This document shows positions 30,394-40,766 of a stretch of DNA of 64,000 nucleotides, piece after piece. The notes under the pieces were generated by a model. That model saw nothing but the letters and a program-made list of their open reading frames with translations, made no database searches and was not told where the DNA came from. The stretch lies in contig OX337237.1 in assembly GCA_946965045.2 (NCBI GenBank), positions 1,364,001-1,428,000 of the forward strand, read 5' to 3'. Within the stretch, counting starts at the first letter, position 1. Every line of letters starts with the position of its first letter. Made by a program: the position numbers and the translations under genes. The DNA is from Epithemia pelagica (lineage: Eukaryota; Protista; Bacillariophyta).

Positions 30394-31389
30394 TCATAAA
30401 ACCTTGAAAACAGGGTGTTCATTGATCGAAAAACCGTAGTTTCGATCAGTCAGTACAGGATGTGCAGCAGAATGAATTGCAACAGCCTTTCCATAGTCGG
30501 CTTTGTCCACTGATGACGGCTGGTTCTTGTCGAGAAGAAAAACAATGGCCCCCGAGCAACCAGTGAAACTGTTGATGTCATACTCAATAAAATTTTGTCC
30601 CACATACAGAATCTCGCCTGTGTAGATGTTGAGTTGATCAGGTAGACCAAAGAATTTCTCAATATCGTCTTGTTTGAAATCCGGTAATTTCACATTCTTG
30701 TTCCCCATAATCGTCTCCTGCGTGGGCTTGGAGAGTTTAGAGAAGAAGACAGCCATCCCCACCTTCATTCCTTTTTCGAGCTTGAGGGCTTTCCGAACTC
30801 TGTCAAAAGAATGCTCTGCTCGGCAGCAGGGGTTGCTGGGGCCATATATGGTAGGACCAACGCTGACATCGAATCCAAACTCGGCTATTGCAGGAAGAGC
30901 CACCATAAGGTTACCATCTCGCAGGTCCAACCTGTCACTGGCGTTCGGTTTCCAGGCAAGATCGGGCCAGTCAACACCAACTCCATTGTCCTCCACGGTG
31001 AGCTCGGCTGTTGTGGGTTTGAACACTCCTTTGGTTTCGTGAGCAACAGTACGCAGATTGTGCTTGGCTGTGACGGGGCGCACTGAATAAAGCTGAACAG
31101 TCTTTCCACCAGTGCTGTATCCTTTGGCCTCCTGACGAAGAAAGCCGCCATGGCAGTGGCCCTTTTTCCACCAGGAAGAAGCGACTCCCTCCGGACGTAA
31201 GCAGACGAGAAGCGGGTGGCACTTGCCTACCACCTCTGTAACCATATTTGCCGAAATTGCGTTCGTGTCGTCGACATTGCCAAAGCCCCATCGCTTCATT
31301 TCCTTTGTCCAGTTGACGAGACATTCCGACACGCCAACTAGGTTTGCGTCTTCCTTGCCTTCGATAGCGGCAGTGAGACAGTCGTCCAT
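30394..31389 (-). CDS. Trypsin/chymotrypsin-fold serine protease (no signal peptide), intronless
   Basis: Catalytic His motif VTAKHN, candidate Asp in WPDLAW/RLDL, nucleophile motif INSFTGCSGAIVFLLD, and downstream GKAVAIH. The N-terminus may extend to ~31445 through a 1-nt frameshift. Confidence 0.75.
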   Translation of the reverse strand: MDDCLTAAIEGKEDANLVGVSECLVNWTKEMKRWGFGNVDDTNAISANMVTEVVGKCHPLLVCLRPEGVASSWWKKGHCHGGFLRQEAKGYSTGGKTVQLYSVRPVTAKHNLRTVAHETKGVFKPTTAELTVEDNGVGVDWPDLAWKPNASDRLDLRDGNLMVALPAIAEFGFDVSVGPTIYGPSNPCCRAEHSFDRVRKALKLEKGMKVGMAVFFSKLSKPTQETIMGNKNVKLPDFKQDDIEKFFGLPDQLNIYTGEILYVGQNFIEYDINSFTGCSGAIVFLLDKNQPSSVDKADYGKAVAIHSAAHPVLTDRNYGFSINEHPVFKVL

Positions 31390-31559
31390 AAGTCGTCAAT
31401 TTCAGGACGACGAGCCATACACGACTCTCGCCGAAACTCTGTCATCAGACGTGAAGTCGTTCGTTCTCGGGTTTTGAGGAGAATCAAGCTCTGAGGTCCT
31501 CTCGGTGTTGCAATAAAATCTCTAGCGGCGCATTTCCTCTGGATTGGGTGGAGGAGGCG

Positions 31560-31618
31560 GACGTATTCCAGTCACGTTCGCGTCGGATAGTTTAGTCCAT
31601 GAGAAGTTTGGTCGCGCA
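31560..31618 (+). repeat. Direct repeat, right copy, in the divergent promoter between the protease and the GT-like gene
   Basis: Same 21-bp and 13-bp blocks as 29938-29977, separated here by a 25-nt instead of a 6-nt spacer. Confidence 0.85.
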
Positions 31619-31659
31619 GATTTTTTCGCTCCAAGCACGCACACAATATACTCATCACA

Positions 31660-32571
31660 ATGACGATGCGATTCCGACGGCAGAGTGGAGGTTCCTACTT
31701 GATTGTCATCGCTCTGCTATGCATTCTGTCAATGCTCTACCCCAGCTCAAAGATTGTATCGCAATTCCAGGTTAGATCTATTGACAATGGCCATTCCAAG
31801 TCAAAATTCCCACCGAAACACGGTCTGGCGATTACCATGGCGGTGAATTACAAGGCTGGACCGATTGGAGCCAAAAAGGTTGTGAAACCGAGCTTGAAAT
31901 ATATTAAAAGTTGGTATCGTTCGATTCATCGTATACGGGGAATCAAAGGGCTGGTGATTGAAAACATGTTCCACTGGTGGTTGCGAGCTGTGTACAGCGA
32001 TTCCAAGGTATCCTTTTTTCATTTTCACCCCGATACACATCGGAGTTTTGTCCAAACACCTCAGGCATCCAATCGAAGCATCAATGATCAGAGATTTTTT
32101 GTAATCGAATGGCTGCTCAATCAAACCGAGTTGGTGGAACCCTACAACTATATTATTCTTTCGGATGGACGGGATGTGGAATTTCTGCATAATCCCATCC
32201 CCTTCTTCGAGGCCACAGATGAGGCGGCTGGAACACCCCAGCTCTATGTGCAAACCGAGGCGGCACCATCTAAGGGCAATCTGGGGTGGATGAACAATGT
32301 ATGGAAACGGTGCTTTGGCAGAAAGTACCCAGACAGCCAACATTTTTACAATGCGGGCATTATTGCTGGTTCCAAAGACAAACTCAAAGACTTGCTGCGC
32401 CATATGAATGAGATGTTTCTGACTTTGGACCCCCAACACAATTGTAACATGGCTGTTCTACAGCGTGTTATTATGTAACGCTACAGCAATGAAGTGGTTA
32501 CGGGGTACCCGTTGCATACCGAATACAGGAAGAATGAGAGAACACCTGGGGCCTTCATAAAGCACAAATGA
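31660..32571 (+). pseudogene. Type II membrane glycosyltransferase-like protein interrupted by an in-frame TAA at 32476-32478
   Basis: TM anchor YLIVIALLCILSMLY; NDQRFFV, YIILSDGRDVEF (DxxD), YNAGIIAG, NCNMAVL. The same frame continues past TAA as RYSNEVVTGYPLHTEY...AFIKHK* (TGA 32569-32571), which reads like a conserved GT-A C-terminal motif. Confidence 0.6.
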
Positions 32572-34053
32572 AAGCGAGAAGGAAATGCCATTGCTTCAAT
32601 CTCTCAGAGATGTGGCTGGGAATCAAGTTTTTTTGTGTTATCTGCTGCTTCGCAATAAGCGGTCTGTTATTTGACGTTGGGTAAATGGATGCATGAAACA
32701 GAGAGTTGTTCTGTTCGATTTCACATGAGTATTCCACTTTGGATGACGCCGCTGCTTACGAATCATCTTGTTCTCTCGGCCCCCCTTTGTCACAACGCAG
32801 TTCATCCGTGCATCATAATGAACCTTCTGTACCATCTGAACTCGGTTTCGAGAGCAGAAATGGAGGCATTTTCTTTCACATAATATTCGATTCCTAGCGC
32901 TTCTAAAGGAATGAAAGGTCAAAACCATCGAAACTATGTACGCAATTCACATACGGGGTTCTCTGTTGGAATGTTAAACAAGACGACAAAGAGTGGAATG
33001 AGGGAACCCTTGTGGTGAACAGCTCACGGCTATACTGGCTCTTTTTTCTCGTGGAATTTGAGTCTCTGGATACCCGCTGGTAACAGCACAACAAACGACA
33101 AAATGGTTGATTTTGAGCGTCGTTTGTGGACGAAAGGATTGGGATGCGTCACTCCTTTGGTACATGGACGATTCACTGGGATATAATCGAATTATCTACT
33201 CATGTTGACACTTGTCGATCTGATACGACTCTGTGATCAACTTGCTATTACAGGAAGCTACCACAGAGCGAGGGAGTTGCCTTGTGTGGACAAGCTGCAT
33301 ATGTCAAATAGCAGCGTTGTGCAGAAACTTTAGAATGGCTGAATGCTGGTAGCATGATTGTCATGTCGAATTCGAATGGATTCTTGCGGTTGGGAGTCTC
33401 TGGCGTGTCATGATTCGTGTGACCGCAACCATGGGTTGTGAGAGGGATTACAGGAATATAGAGAACCAGCAAATGTTTGTGAAACGCACGACGACATAAC
33501 GACTCTGTTCGTAGGGAGTAGGGAGGCCATGTAAAATAAAACAATGTCACCTACTGGAAGACGTTACGATGTAGGGCGACCACTCGGACAGGAGAGCAAT
33601 CTGGACGCTCTGCTTGAGCAACAACTACTACCTAGGTGAACGTTGGTGTGCATTGTAGAGCTTTTCCACCGGAAATGGTATTGAAACTACTAGATATGGA
33701 TGGTCTTTCATTGTCGCCTCTAGCTATGTTTGGGATGGACCGAAGGACAGGCGTAAGATACCCCACAGCGACACTCACCACGTGTACTCCCCAGAGAGAA
33801 TAAGTGAAGCAAATGGATATCTATTATTGATTGATTTATATTCGAAAAATGATATGACTAAACCGATGGGAGGTAATCCCGATTGACGCCAAGATCTTCT
33901 CCCATGACAGCTTCGGTGGCTGTTGACGTCCTACATCGTCTCTGGACTTATCATTCTAAATTTCTGGACGAAACGACGACGACAAGCCACTTTTCTGCAG
34001 AGACAGAAGAGAGGAGGTCGACTCGAAATCAAGTTTTGTTTTCACAAGTGAAA

Positions 34054-35988
34054 ATGACAATGACACACTCCCTTTCCCTCATGTTTTGGTGGTGTCTCTT
34101 CTCCTCCTCGTCCCTTCTTTGGATGGTACGAGGGTTTCGGTCTGGTCCATCCTTCCCTTTTCGAAGAATCCCGCAAGAGCTGTACCATACGAACCAAGCC
34201 ATGTTGTATGGTAGAATACAAAAGGTATTATCCTCCTCTTCATCCTTGGTAGGCAAGCCAACCACCTCTGCAGCGGTTGCTTTTGGACCAAGGACAAATC
34301 GCAGGATGGAAGGTACCCAATTGTACGACTCGTCATCGTCGTCAGGCTATCTTCCCTCTCCGGACGATGAACGCAATGTCGTGGCGGTCTCTTCCCAACC
34401 TCCTCCTCTCTATCCACAAGCAGGTGACTTTGTCCGATTTACTGATTTGGATGGTGGACAGCAAGATGGACAAGTAATGGTGGGTCGCATTCGATTTATT
34501 CAAAAGAATGTTGGTGGGGAAGGATCCGGATGGACGTTGGAATTGGTGGAAATGGATGATTTGGGACAAGGCTATTATGCCGATTATGGAAGTCGACAAC
34601 GATGGACCAAGGGATCCGTCTATCGCGATTTACGGGCCGTCAGTCCTCTCTCGGCCAGTTTTGTGCGAAGTGAAAATGCCTACAAAATTCCCACCAAAGT
34701 GGTTGGAGAGGGCTACGATCAAAAACGACAATTGATTGTCAAGGCCGAACAATATACCGTCGAGGGATATACGGGCCCCTTTGCTTCTGCTTCCTCATCC
34801 ATTGATACAGCCGTGGTAGAAGCCGATGGTGTCTTGTACGAAGCACTCAAGGGCAAATTGTTTCGTTATGCAGCCATTGCTGGTGCAATCGGTGCCATTG
34901 TTGCCGAATGGACGCAAGGGACCGAACTGGCTGCCATTTATCTGGCCGGTGTCTTGTCCAGTTTGCTCTACCTTCTCTTTTTGTCCTTCAAAACGGATAC
35001 CATTGGAACGGAACAATCGCAATTTGGCAAAAATATTTCCACCCTACGCTTCTTTATGCCTGTCGTGGTGTTGGTCGGTGTGGCCTTGTACAATGCCAGT
35101 CTAGGTGAGGCCAATCCCCTCGTGGCTCTGCAAGCACAACAGCAAGCCGCTGTACTGGACACTGCGGAATCGTCGTCCTCGTCAGCGGCCCTCTTTCAAT
35201 TTGTGACACCATCTCAATTTGCAGCAGCCATTACTGGCTTTTTAACCTATCGGTTACCACTCTTGCTCATTCAAGTCGAAGATGCCTTTGCCGGTGATGG
35301 CAATACGGAGGGAGATGTCGTACTTCCTGGAAGCCTTGGCATCATGGCATCGTCACTGCAACAACAACAATCCTCATCACTTCAAGATGGGCAATCTGCA
35401 ACAGCAAACGACGCCTTGACCACAGTCTTTTTGATTTCCGGTCCCCAAGCCACGGGCCGGGATGAATTGGTGGAACAATTTGTCCAAGAGGGCCAAGGCA
35501 AATACGTGACACCGACTCTGGTTGATCGTATCGAAAATGGTGTTACCTTTGAACAATTGCAAGCTCGGGGAGAATTGTTGAAAGTAGACGACGATCGCTA
35601 TGGACTTACGTTACAAGCGATTCAAACGGCGGCTACCACCAAAGCGACGGACAAGGACGAGGATCCTCCCATTGTAGTGGTCAATGCCAATGTCCCCTTG
35701 GTGGAAAAATTGGCACGCATTTCCGGTTTGAGATTGGTGGGTGTTTGGGTTGGTTTGTCCAGTGTCGCCGAATTTGAGCAACGTTTGAATATCATGTTTG
35801 AGCAAGGACTCTTGTCGGTGGATGACAATGAAAGAACTCGGGAAGAGACGATTCGGACCAAGATTCGAGAAATTGTCAAGGAAATTGAATACGGCATTTC
35901 CTGTGGCATTTTTGAGTTCACCATTCTCAATGACAATCCCGAACAAAGCCTCAAACAATTGCGGGAAGCAGCCAAATATGTCAAATAG
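34054..35988 (+). CDS. Putative plastid protein: AtpI/CGL160-like membrane domain fused to a degenerate guanylate kinase-like domain
   Basis: Bipartite-type presequence (...SLLWMVRG-FRS). Four-helix region AIYLAGVLSSLLYLLFLS...RFFMPVVVLVG...FAAAITGFLTYRLP; C-terminal FLISGPQATGRDELV...IEYG...FEFTILNDNPEQSLKQL. Confidence 0.65.
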   Translation: MTMTHSLSLMFWWCLFSSSSLLWMVRGFRSGPSFPFRRIPQELYHTNQAMLYGRIQKVLSSSSSLVGKPTTSAAVAFGPRTNRRMEGTQLYDSSSSSGYLPSPDDERNVVAVSSQPPPLYPQAGDFVRFTDLDGGQQDGQVMVGRIRFIQKNVGGEGSGWTLELVEMDDLGQGYYADYGSRQRWTKGSVYRDLRAVSPLSASFVRSENAYKIPTKVVGEGYDQKRQLIVKAEQYTVEGYTGPFASASSSIDTAVVEADGVLYEALKGKLFRYAAIAGAIGAIVAEWTQGTELAAIYLAGVLSSLLYLLFLSFKTDTIGTEQSQFGKNISTLRFFMPVVVLVGVALYNASLGEANPLVALQAQQQAAVLDTAESSSSSAALFQFVTPSQFAAAITGFLTYRLPLLLIQVEDAFAGDGNTEGDVVLPGSLGIMASSLQQQQSSSLQDGQSATANDALTTVFLISGPQATGRDELVEQFVQEGQGKYVTPTLVDRIENGVTFEQLQARGELLKVDDDRYGLTLQAIQTAATTKATDKDEDPPIVVVNANVPLVEKLARISGLRLVGVWVGLSSVAEFEQRLNIMFEQGLLSVDDNERTREETIRTKIREIVKEIEYGISCGIFEFTILNDNPEQSLKQLREAAKYVK

Positions 35989-36357
35989 GTAGGAAAGGAA
36001 GCATGCACCAAACCAGTAAACACAAGGCTACCAGGAGGCAAAAGACAAAGTTAACATACGACTTATAAAGCTAGCGAAACGCTCCTGTGCGTGATGTGGA
36101 TTGCGGTACTACTAGTAAGATCGGTGTTTCTGAAGGTGCAATCCTAGCTTAAACCACAGGATATTCGTAGTGCCTCGAGCAGAACTGGAACTCCGATTCA
36201 ATCGACAGAACTCCCTCTTTTTACAGAAGATAGCGTGGCCCGAGCCTGGACAAGAGAGATATGGAAGTGAGTGCTTCTTCTTGGTTGTTGGAGCTCCTTT
36301 TTCTTTTTGTTCGCCTACTTTCATTCATGTGTGGTTTTGTCGAAACGACGTAGTCGT

Positions 36358-38592
36358 TCAGTACTGAACCAATTTTGGCAAAAAGGGGGACGGAAGGAGT
36401 TGTTGTAGTTTGGCTTCCTGAAATCGATGAGACCAATAGAGATCCCATTCATCATTGGACAGCAAGCACTGATTGAGAGCCTGTGAGACTTGTTCTTGTC
36501 GTTGGGGATCTCCGAGATTGGGACCAATCAAGACGACATCTTGTCTTCGATCTCCAACCGATCGGTTGGATATGGTGGTTGCTGCTGTTGCTACATCATC
36601 TTGTTCGACATGATTCACGTCATCAAAATCTTGCAAAATGGTTGTTACAGCTGACGGGGGCCATTGGTCTCGAGGTACCGTGGCCCACCACGATCCAAAG
36701 ATGGACACTTCAAAGGATTTTCCGACATGACTCCAATAGGTGGCAGCTCGATGGGAATTGGCCAACCAACTAAATCCTTTGCTTCGCAAAATGCACGTTT
36801 GTAAGGTGGCCAGGGTGGCAGGAGAAATGTCCAAGGACGTGTCGTCCTTGTCATCCTCGGGTGATGGCACTCCCCGTTGTACATTGAGGCATTGTAAAAA
36901 GGCGACCAATCGTTGCGGATGAAAGGGTCGCCGTGCTTGATAGACAAAGGCACCAATTCCGGCATGGAGGGTGGAATGATCATGTGAATGATCATGACTT
37001 GCATCGGTGCAGGTGGGATCGTTACAATCATGGCTGTGGGAGTGCTCGTGCGTGTGGGATTCCTGTGCTGCTGAATGTTCGTGTGTGTGTTCGTGAGAAT
37101 GTTCCGCATGGCTGCGGTGTGTTGCGTGCTCGTGAGAGTGGTCCGGAGAATCATCCTCAGGATGATTGTGTGCGTGATCGTGACCCGCCTCCTCGACTAG
37201 GGAGTCATGGTCATGATCATGTGTGTGGCTCTTGTGTTCTTCGTCATGGTGGTGGTGTGAATGCTCATGAGACTGAGCCGCAGGTTCTCCCGAATCATGG
37301 TCCTCATGAGTGTGACCATGATGTTCTTCCTCGGAAGAAGAAGAAGAAGACTGCTGGTGATCCTGTTGTTCCATTCTTCTTTGTTGTTGTTGTTGTGGAA
37401 CGACGACACCTTGAATGGCATCGTGATGATCGTCGACCAACCCCGCGAGAGCCACACCCCGTCCACCCGCCACGGCCAAGAGTCGGGAGATGGGGACAAT
37501 GCGTCCATATGTGGCTTCCAAAATACTCGCCCGACCGGCCGTCAAGAGGTGCACCAGTTCCCGAATGCGTGTCAATGCGGCGTCCTTGTCCTTGGGGAAC
37601 GTCTGGTCGTCGTCTGGTGCAGTCGTGTCCTCCTCCAACAAGTCTACTTTATTGAGAAGGACCACATCGGCTGTTTCGATTTGGGCCGCCATCAATCCAG
37701 CGACCGAATTTTCCTCATGTTGCGGCAGTTGTCGTCCCATCAAGAGGGCACTGAGTTGCCAACTATCCTTGGTATCTTCGTCGTCGTCGGTGTTGTCGTC
37801 TGGAGTGGAAAAGAGGTGCGGTGCTTCTTCCGGATTGGCATTCGAGGGATTGTCCCATAAGGTGTCGTCCAGCGTCGAACAATCCACGACGGTAATGAGG
37901 GTATCCAACACGAGTCGTTTCGTCAAGGGCATTTGATCCTGTTGCGCTTGTTGCCATTGCGATCGAATGGCGCGGGGATCGGCGACACCGGTCAATTCCA
38001 CGACAATGTGTTGAAAGCGATCGGGCACGTCGCGTACATCGGAGAGGGTGACCAACTGGGCCAAACTGGACAAAAATTCCTCCGATTGCGAACAACAGGC
38101 ACAACCATTTTGCAATTCCACCAATTCGGCCGGCCGGCCGGCCGTCGTGTTGGTGTTGCTGCTACCAGGCCAATGATTCGTATTGGCAATCAAGCGACCA
38201 TCGACATTGACCGAGGCCACATCATTGACCACAACGGCAATTTTGAGACCCTCTTGATTGTTCAACAAATGTTGCAACAAGGTGGTTTTTCCCGAACCCA
38301 AAAATCCACTCAAGACTGTAATGGGAATGACTGGGTGAGGAGGCGGTGGTTTTGGTGGATCTGTCGTGGGATCATCATTGTGGAATGTGCTGCTGCTGGA
38401 ATGAGAGGATGGGGAAGCCGTACTTGCCGACAAGGAGGAGGAGGAGGAGGAGGCCGAACCAAAGGACGAACGAGGACTCGCAGGATTCCTGGAAAAAGGA
38501 TCCATGCAGGCGACCGAAAATCCCCAACATCCACCACCACCATGACGAACCATGCCACTGGCGATACACGCAATGACTACCGTCCACTTCAT
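36358..38592 (-). CDS. COG0523/CobW (G3E family) metallochaperone GTPase with His-rich insert and CobW_C domain
   Basis: LSGFLGSGKTT, VVVNDVA, ELQNGCACC (GCxCC), VELTGVADP, LLNKVDL, RPFHPQRL, ILRSKGFSWL, VGDRRQDVVLIG. About 40 His in ~125 aa; signal/plastid-type N-terminus (..GCWG-FSV). Confidence 0.9.
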   Translation of the reverse strand: MKWTVVIACIASGMVRHGGGGCWGFSVACMDPFSRNPASPRSSFGSASSSSSSLSASTASPSSHSSSSTFHNDDPTTDPPKPPPPHPVIPITVLSGFLGSGKTTLLQHLLNNQEGLKIAVVVNDVASVNVDGRLIANTNHWPGSSNTNTTAGRPAELVELQNGCACCSQSEEFLSSLAQLVTLSDVRDVPDRFQHIVVELTGVADPRAIRSQWQQAQQDQMPLTKRLVLDTLITVVDCSTLDDTLWDNPSNANPEEAPHLFSTPDDNTDDDEDTKDSWQLSALLMGRQLPQHEENSVAGLMAAQIETADVVLLNKVDLLEEDTTAPDDDQTFPKDKDAALTRIRELVHLLTAGRASILEATYGRIVPISRLLAVAGGRGVALAGLVDDHHDAIQGVVVPQQQQQRRMEQQDHQQSSSSSSEEEHHGHTHEDHDSGEPAAQSHEHSHHHHDEEHKSHTHDHDHDSLVEEAGHDHAHNHPEDDSPDHSHEHATHRSHAEHSHEHTHEHSAAQESHTHEHSHSHDCNDPTCTDASHDHSHDHSTLHAGIGAFVYQARRPFHPQRLVAFLQCLNVQRGVPSPEDDKDDTSLDISPATLATLQTCILRSKGFSWLANSHRAATYWSHVGKSFEVSIFGSWWATVPRDQWPPSAVTTILQDFDDVNHVEQDDVATAATTISNRSVGDRRQDVVLIGPNLGDPQRQEQVSQALNQCLLSNDEWDLYWSHRFQEAKLQQLLPSPFLPKLVQY

Positions 38593-38950
38593 TGTATTGT
38601 CTACTACTGGGAAAACGTTTGTGGTTGTCGCTGTCTCTTCGGTTGTCGCTGTGGGTTTGATGGTTCAGTGTTAAAAAACCGTATCCAAAAAAGGCCTTTT
38701 TCGGATCGTGCGACCGAAATCAAGGCAAGGCCCCTGATCCGATGACGGACAGACTTTGGAGAAGGTTCCGAATCACAAATCTTCCACGCGGCGGCACGTT
38801 GTCACGCCATGGATCTTTGGTGTCGCGCTGCAGTCACAAGAAATCATAACAAGACGACAATAAGACACACACAAGGAGATCCCTCCGTGGTGTCTACTTA
38901 CAACCAACAACAACAAGAACACCAAGCACTCTCCGTACATAACAGACAAA

Positions 38951-39048
38951 ATGAATCGGTGGTGGTGCCGGCCGTGGTGGCCTGTTCTTGCGTTGTTCGT
39001 ATGGAGTCTGCTGGTTGTGGAGGCGTCGATACAAACACCACCACCACC

Positions 39049-39080
<32 letters not shown>

Positions 39081-40261
39081 CAACAACAACATGGGGGAAT
39101 CATGGCAGGGAAATCATCGAGACTGGTAGCCTAGACGTACCGCAATCCCCACCAGGCATGGTGGAACCAACAGCTGCTACCACCACCACCACTACCACAC
39201 AGTGTGCTACGAGTAAGCGTCGTAGTAGTGGTATGGGGGACCAGTGGTTGCGAGGCGGTGCGGCTGCTCCTGCGGCTTGGACGGCCCACCCTCGGCGCAT
39301 TCCACTGTGGCAATTTTGGCGTCGAAACAGTCGTCGTCGCAAATCGTGGATGCAATGGTTGCAAGACGAAAACAATCGATTGGAACAACACTTGAGACAA
39401 TTGCAACAACGATTGATGGACTTGCAAGTGGCGCATCGAGACTTGCAACAGGCCTGGAGAAAACAACAATACGATTCAAAACGACAGCAACAAGGACGTG
39501 GTGGTATCAGTGGATTTCCCTACTATGCCGGTCGTCGTCGTCGTGGTCGGGAACAAGAATGGCAGGACCAACTGCAAGAACAACAAACCTTGGTTCAACA
39601 ACAACAAGCGCAATTGGAACAACAAGCCGCACAATTGGAACAGTACGTGAGGGAAATTGCCGAGTTGCAAGAAACGGTCCAACAATTGCAAGAGTACAAG
39701 GCCGAATTGGAAACCTTGTTGCGGGACGAACAAGAACGATTGCAAACCTTGCAAGAGGAACTCACCCATCAACAAACGCAATTGGCGGCAAGTTTGCAAC
39801 AACAACAACAAGAGGCGCAACAACAATTGCAACAAACCTTGAGACAAGAACGAGACGAATGGGAAGACGTCATTCTGAAACCACGATTGCAAGCCCTGCA
39901 AGAAACTCATTCGTTGCAATTGCAAGAATTGCAGCAAGCCCATGCCCACGAATTGGCAACCGAACAAGAAAAGGCCCAAGCTCAGGTGGAAAAACAACAA
40001 GCACGCATGAGACAATTGATTCAAAAAACGGCACAACGACATAATTTGGCCATTGAAGAATATGTGCAATGGACCAAACAGAACAACAACAACAATAGCA
40101 ACAACAAACAGAAGAAGGAACCAGCCAAACAAAAACCAAAATCATCGACCGACAATACAGAACGGGAAGAACCAAGACGAACCTCCCGTTCGTCATCATC
40201 TTCTCGATCGTCGTCTCAAAAATCCCCCGATACCGTACCCAATCCAATTTCCAATAAATAA
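38951..40261 (+). CDS. Secreted/organellar Gln-rich coiled-coil protein of unknown function
   Basis: Signal-like MNRWWCRPWWPVLALFVWSLLVVEAS followed by long heptad-rich Q/E/L helices; 436-codon ORF. Confidence 0.65.
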
Positions 40262-40766
40262 ACATGATTTTCTAGAGATTATTGTTGCAATCACCTTACA
40301 ATGGGAGGGAGTATCGCCCAGTACGCACGCACGCATGCAACAACCGAACGCTTGGTGGGAGAACTACTGTAGAGGGGGAGGGGGAGGTCTTAGCTTGAGC
40401 TTGTGTGTGTCCAATGAAACTTGGAAAAACGAAACCATACCAAGATTCTATGTCGGCGAAAATCTCAAAGGGTTACGGCTGACGAATCGTACAGATGTTG
40501 GGCTCTCGGATCCTCCCTTGTCTTTTTCCTCGTCGTCAACAGCATTTCGCTACGTACGATACTTTCGAATAACAACGTTATAACTACATATCTATTATTG
40601 CATACACAAGAGAGAAGCCTTTCGACACTCCCTCTCTGGCTCCGGCAAGTGCGTCCTGTACAAATGGCATGGGTGGAGTGGATGCCCTGCTTAAAGGGCA
40701 CAGTCTCTCGCTCGACTGAACCGACCAAATTGCTTCTTCCTGACACTGTATATATATTCGCATTCA

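Noticed and set aside
32475-32486. 12-nt GT...AG around the premature TAA as an intron that would remove the stop
   Set aside because: Far below the 67-267 nt intron sizes seen in this window, with no room for a branch site.
27185-40132. Long antisense or alternate-frame ORFs over low-complexity genes (e.g. 27185..27925, 37933..38745, 39244..40044, 39476..40132)
   Set aside because: Shadow ORFs caused by CAA/ACG/TCG-rich codon use on the true coding strand.
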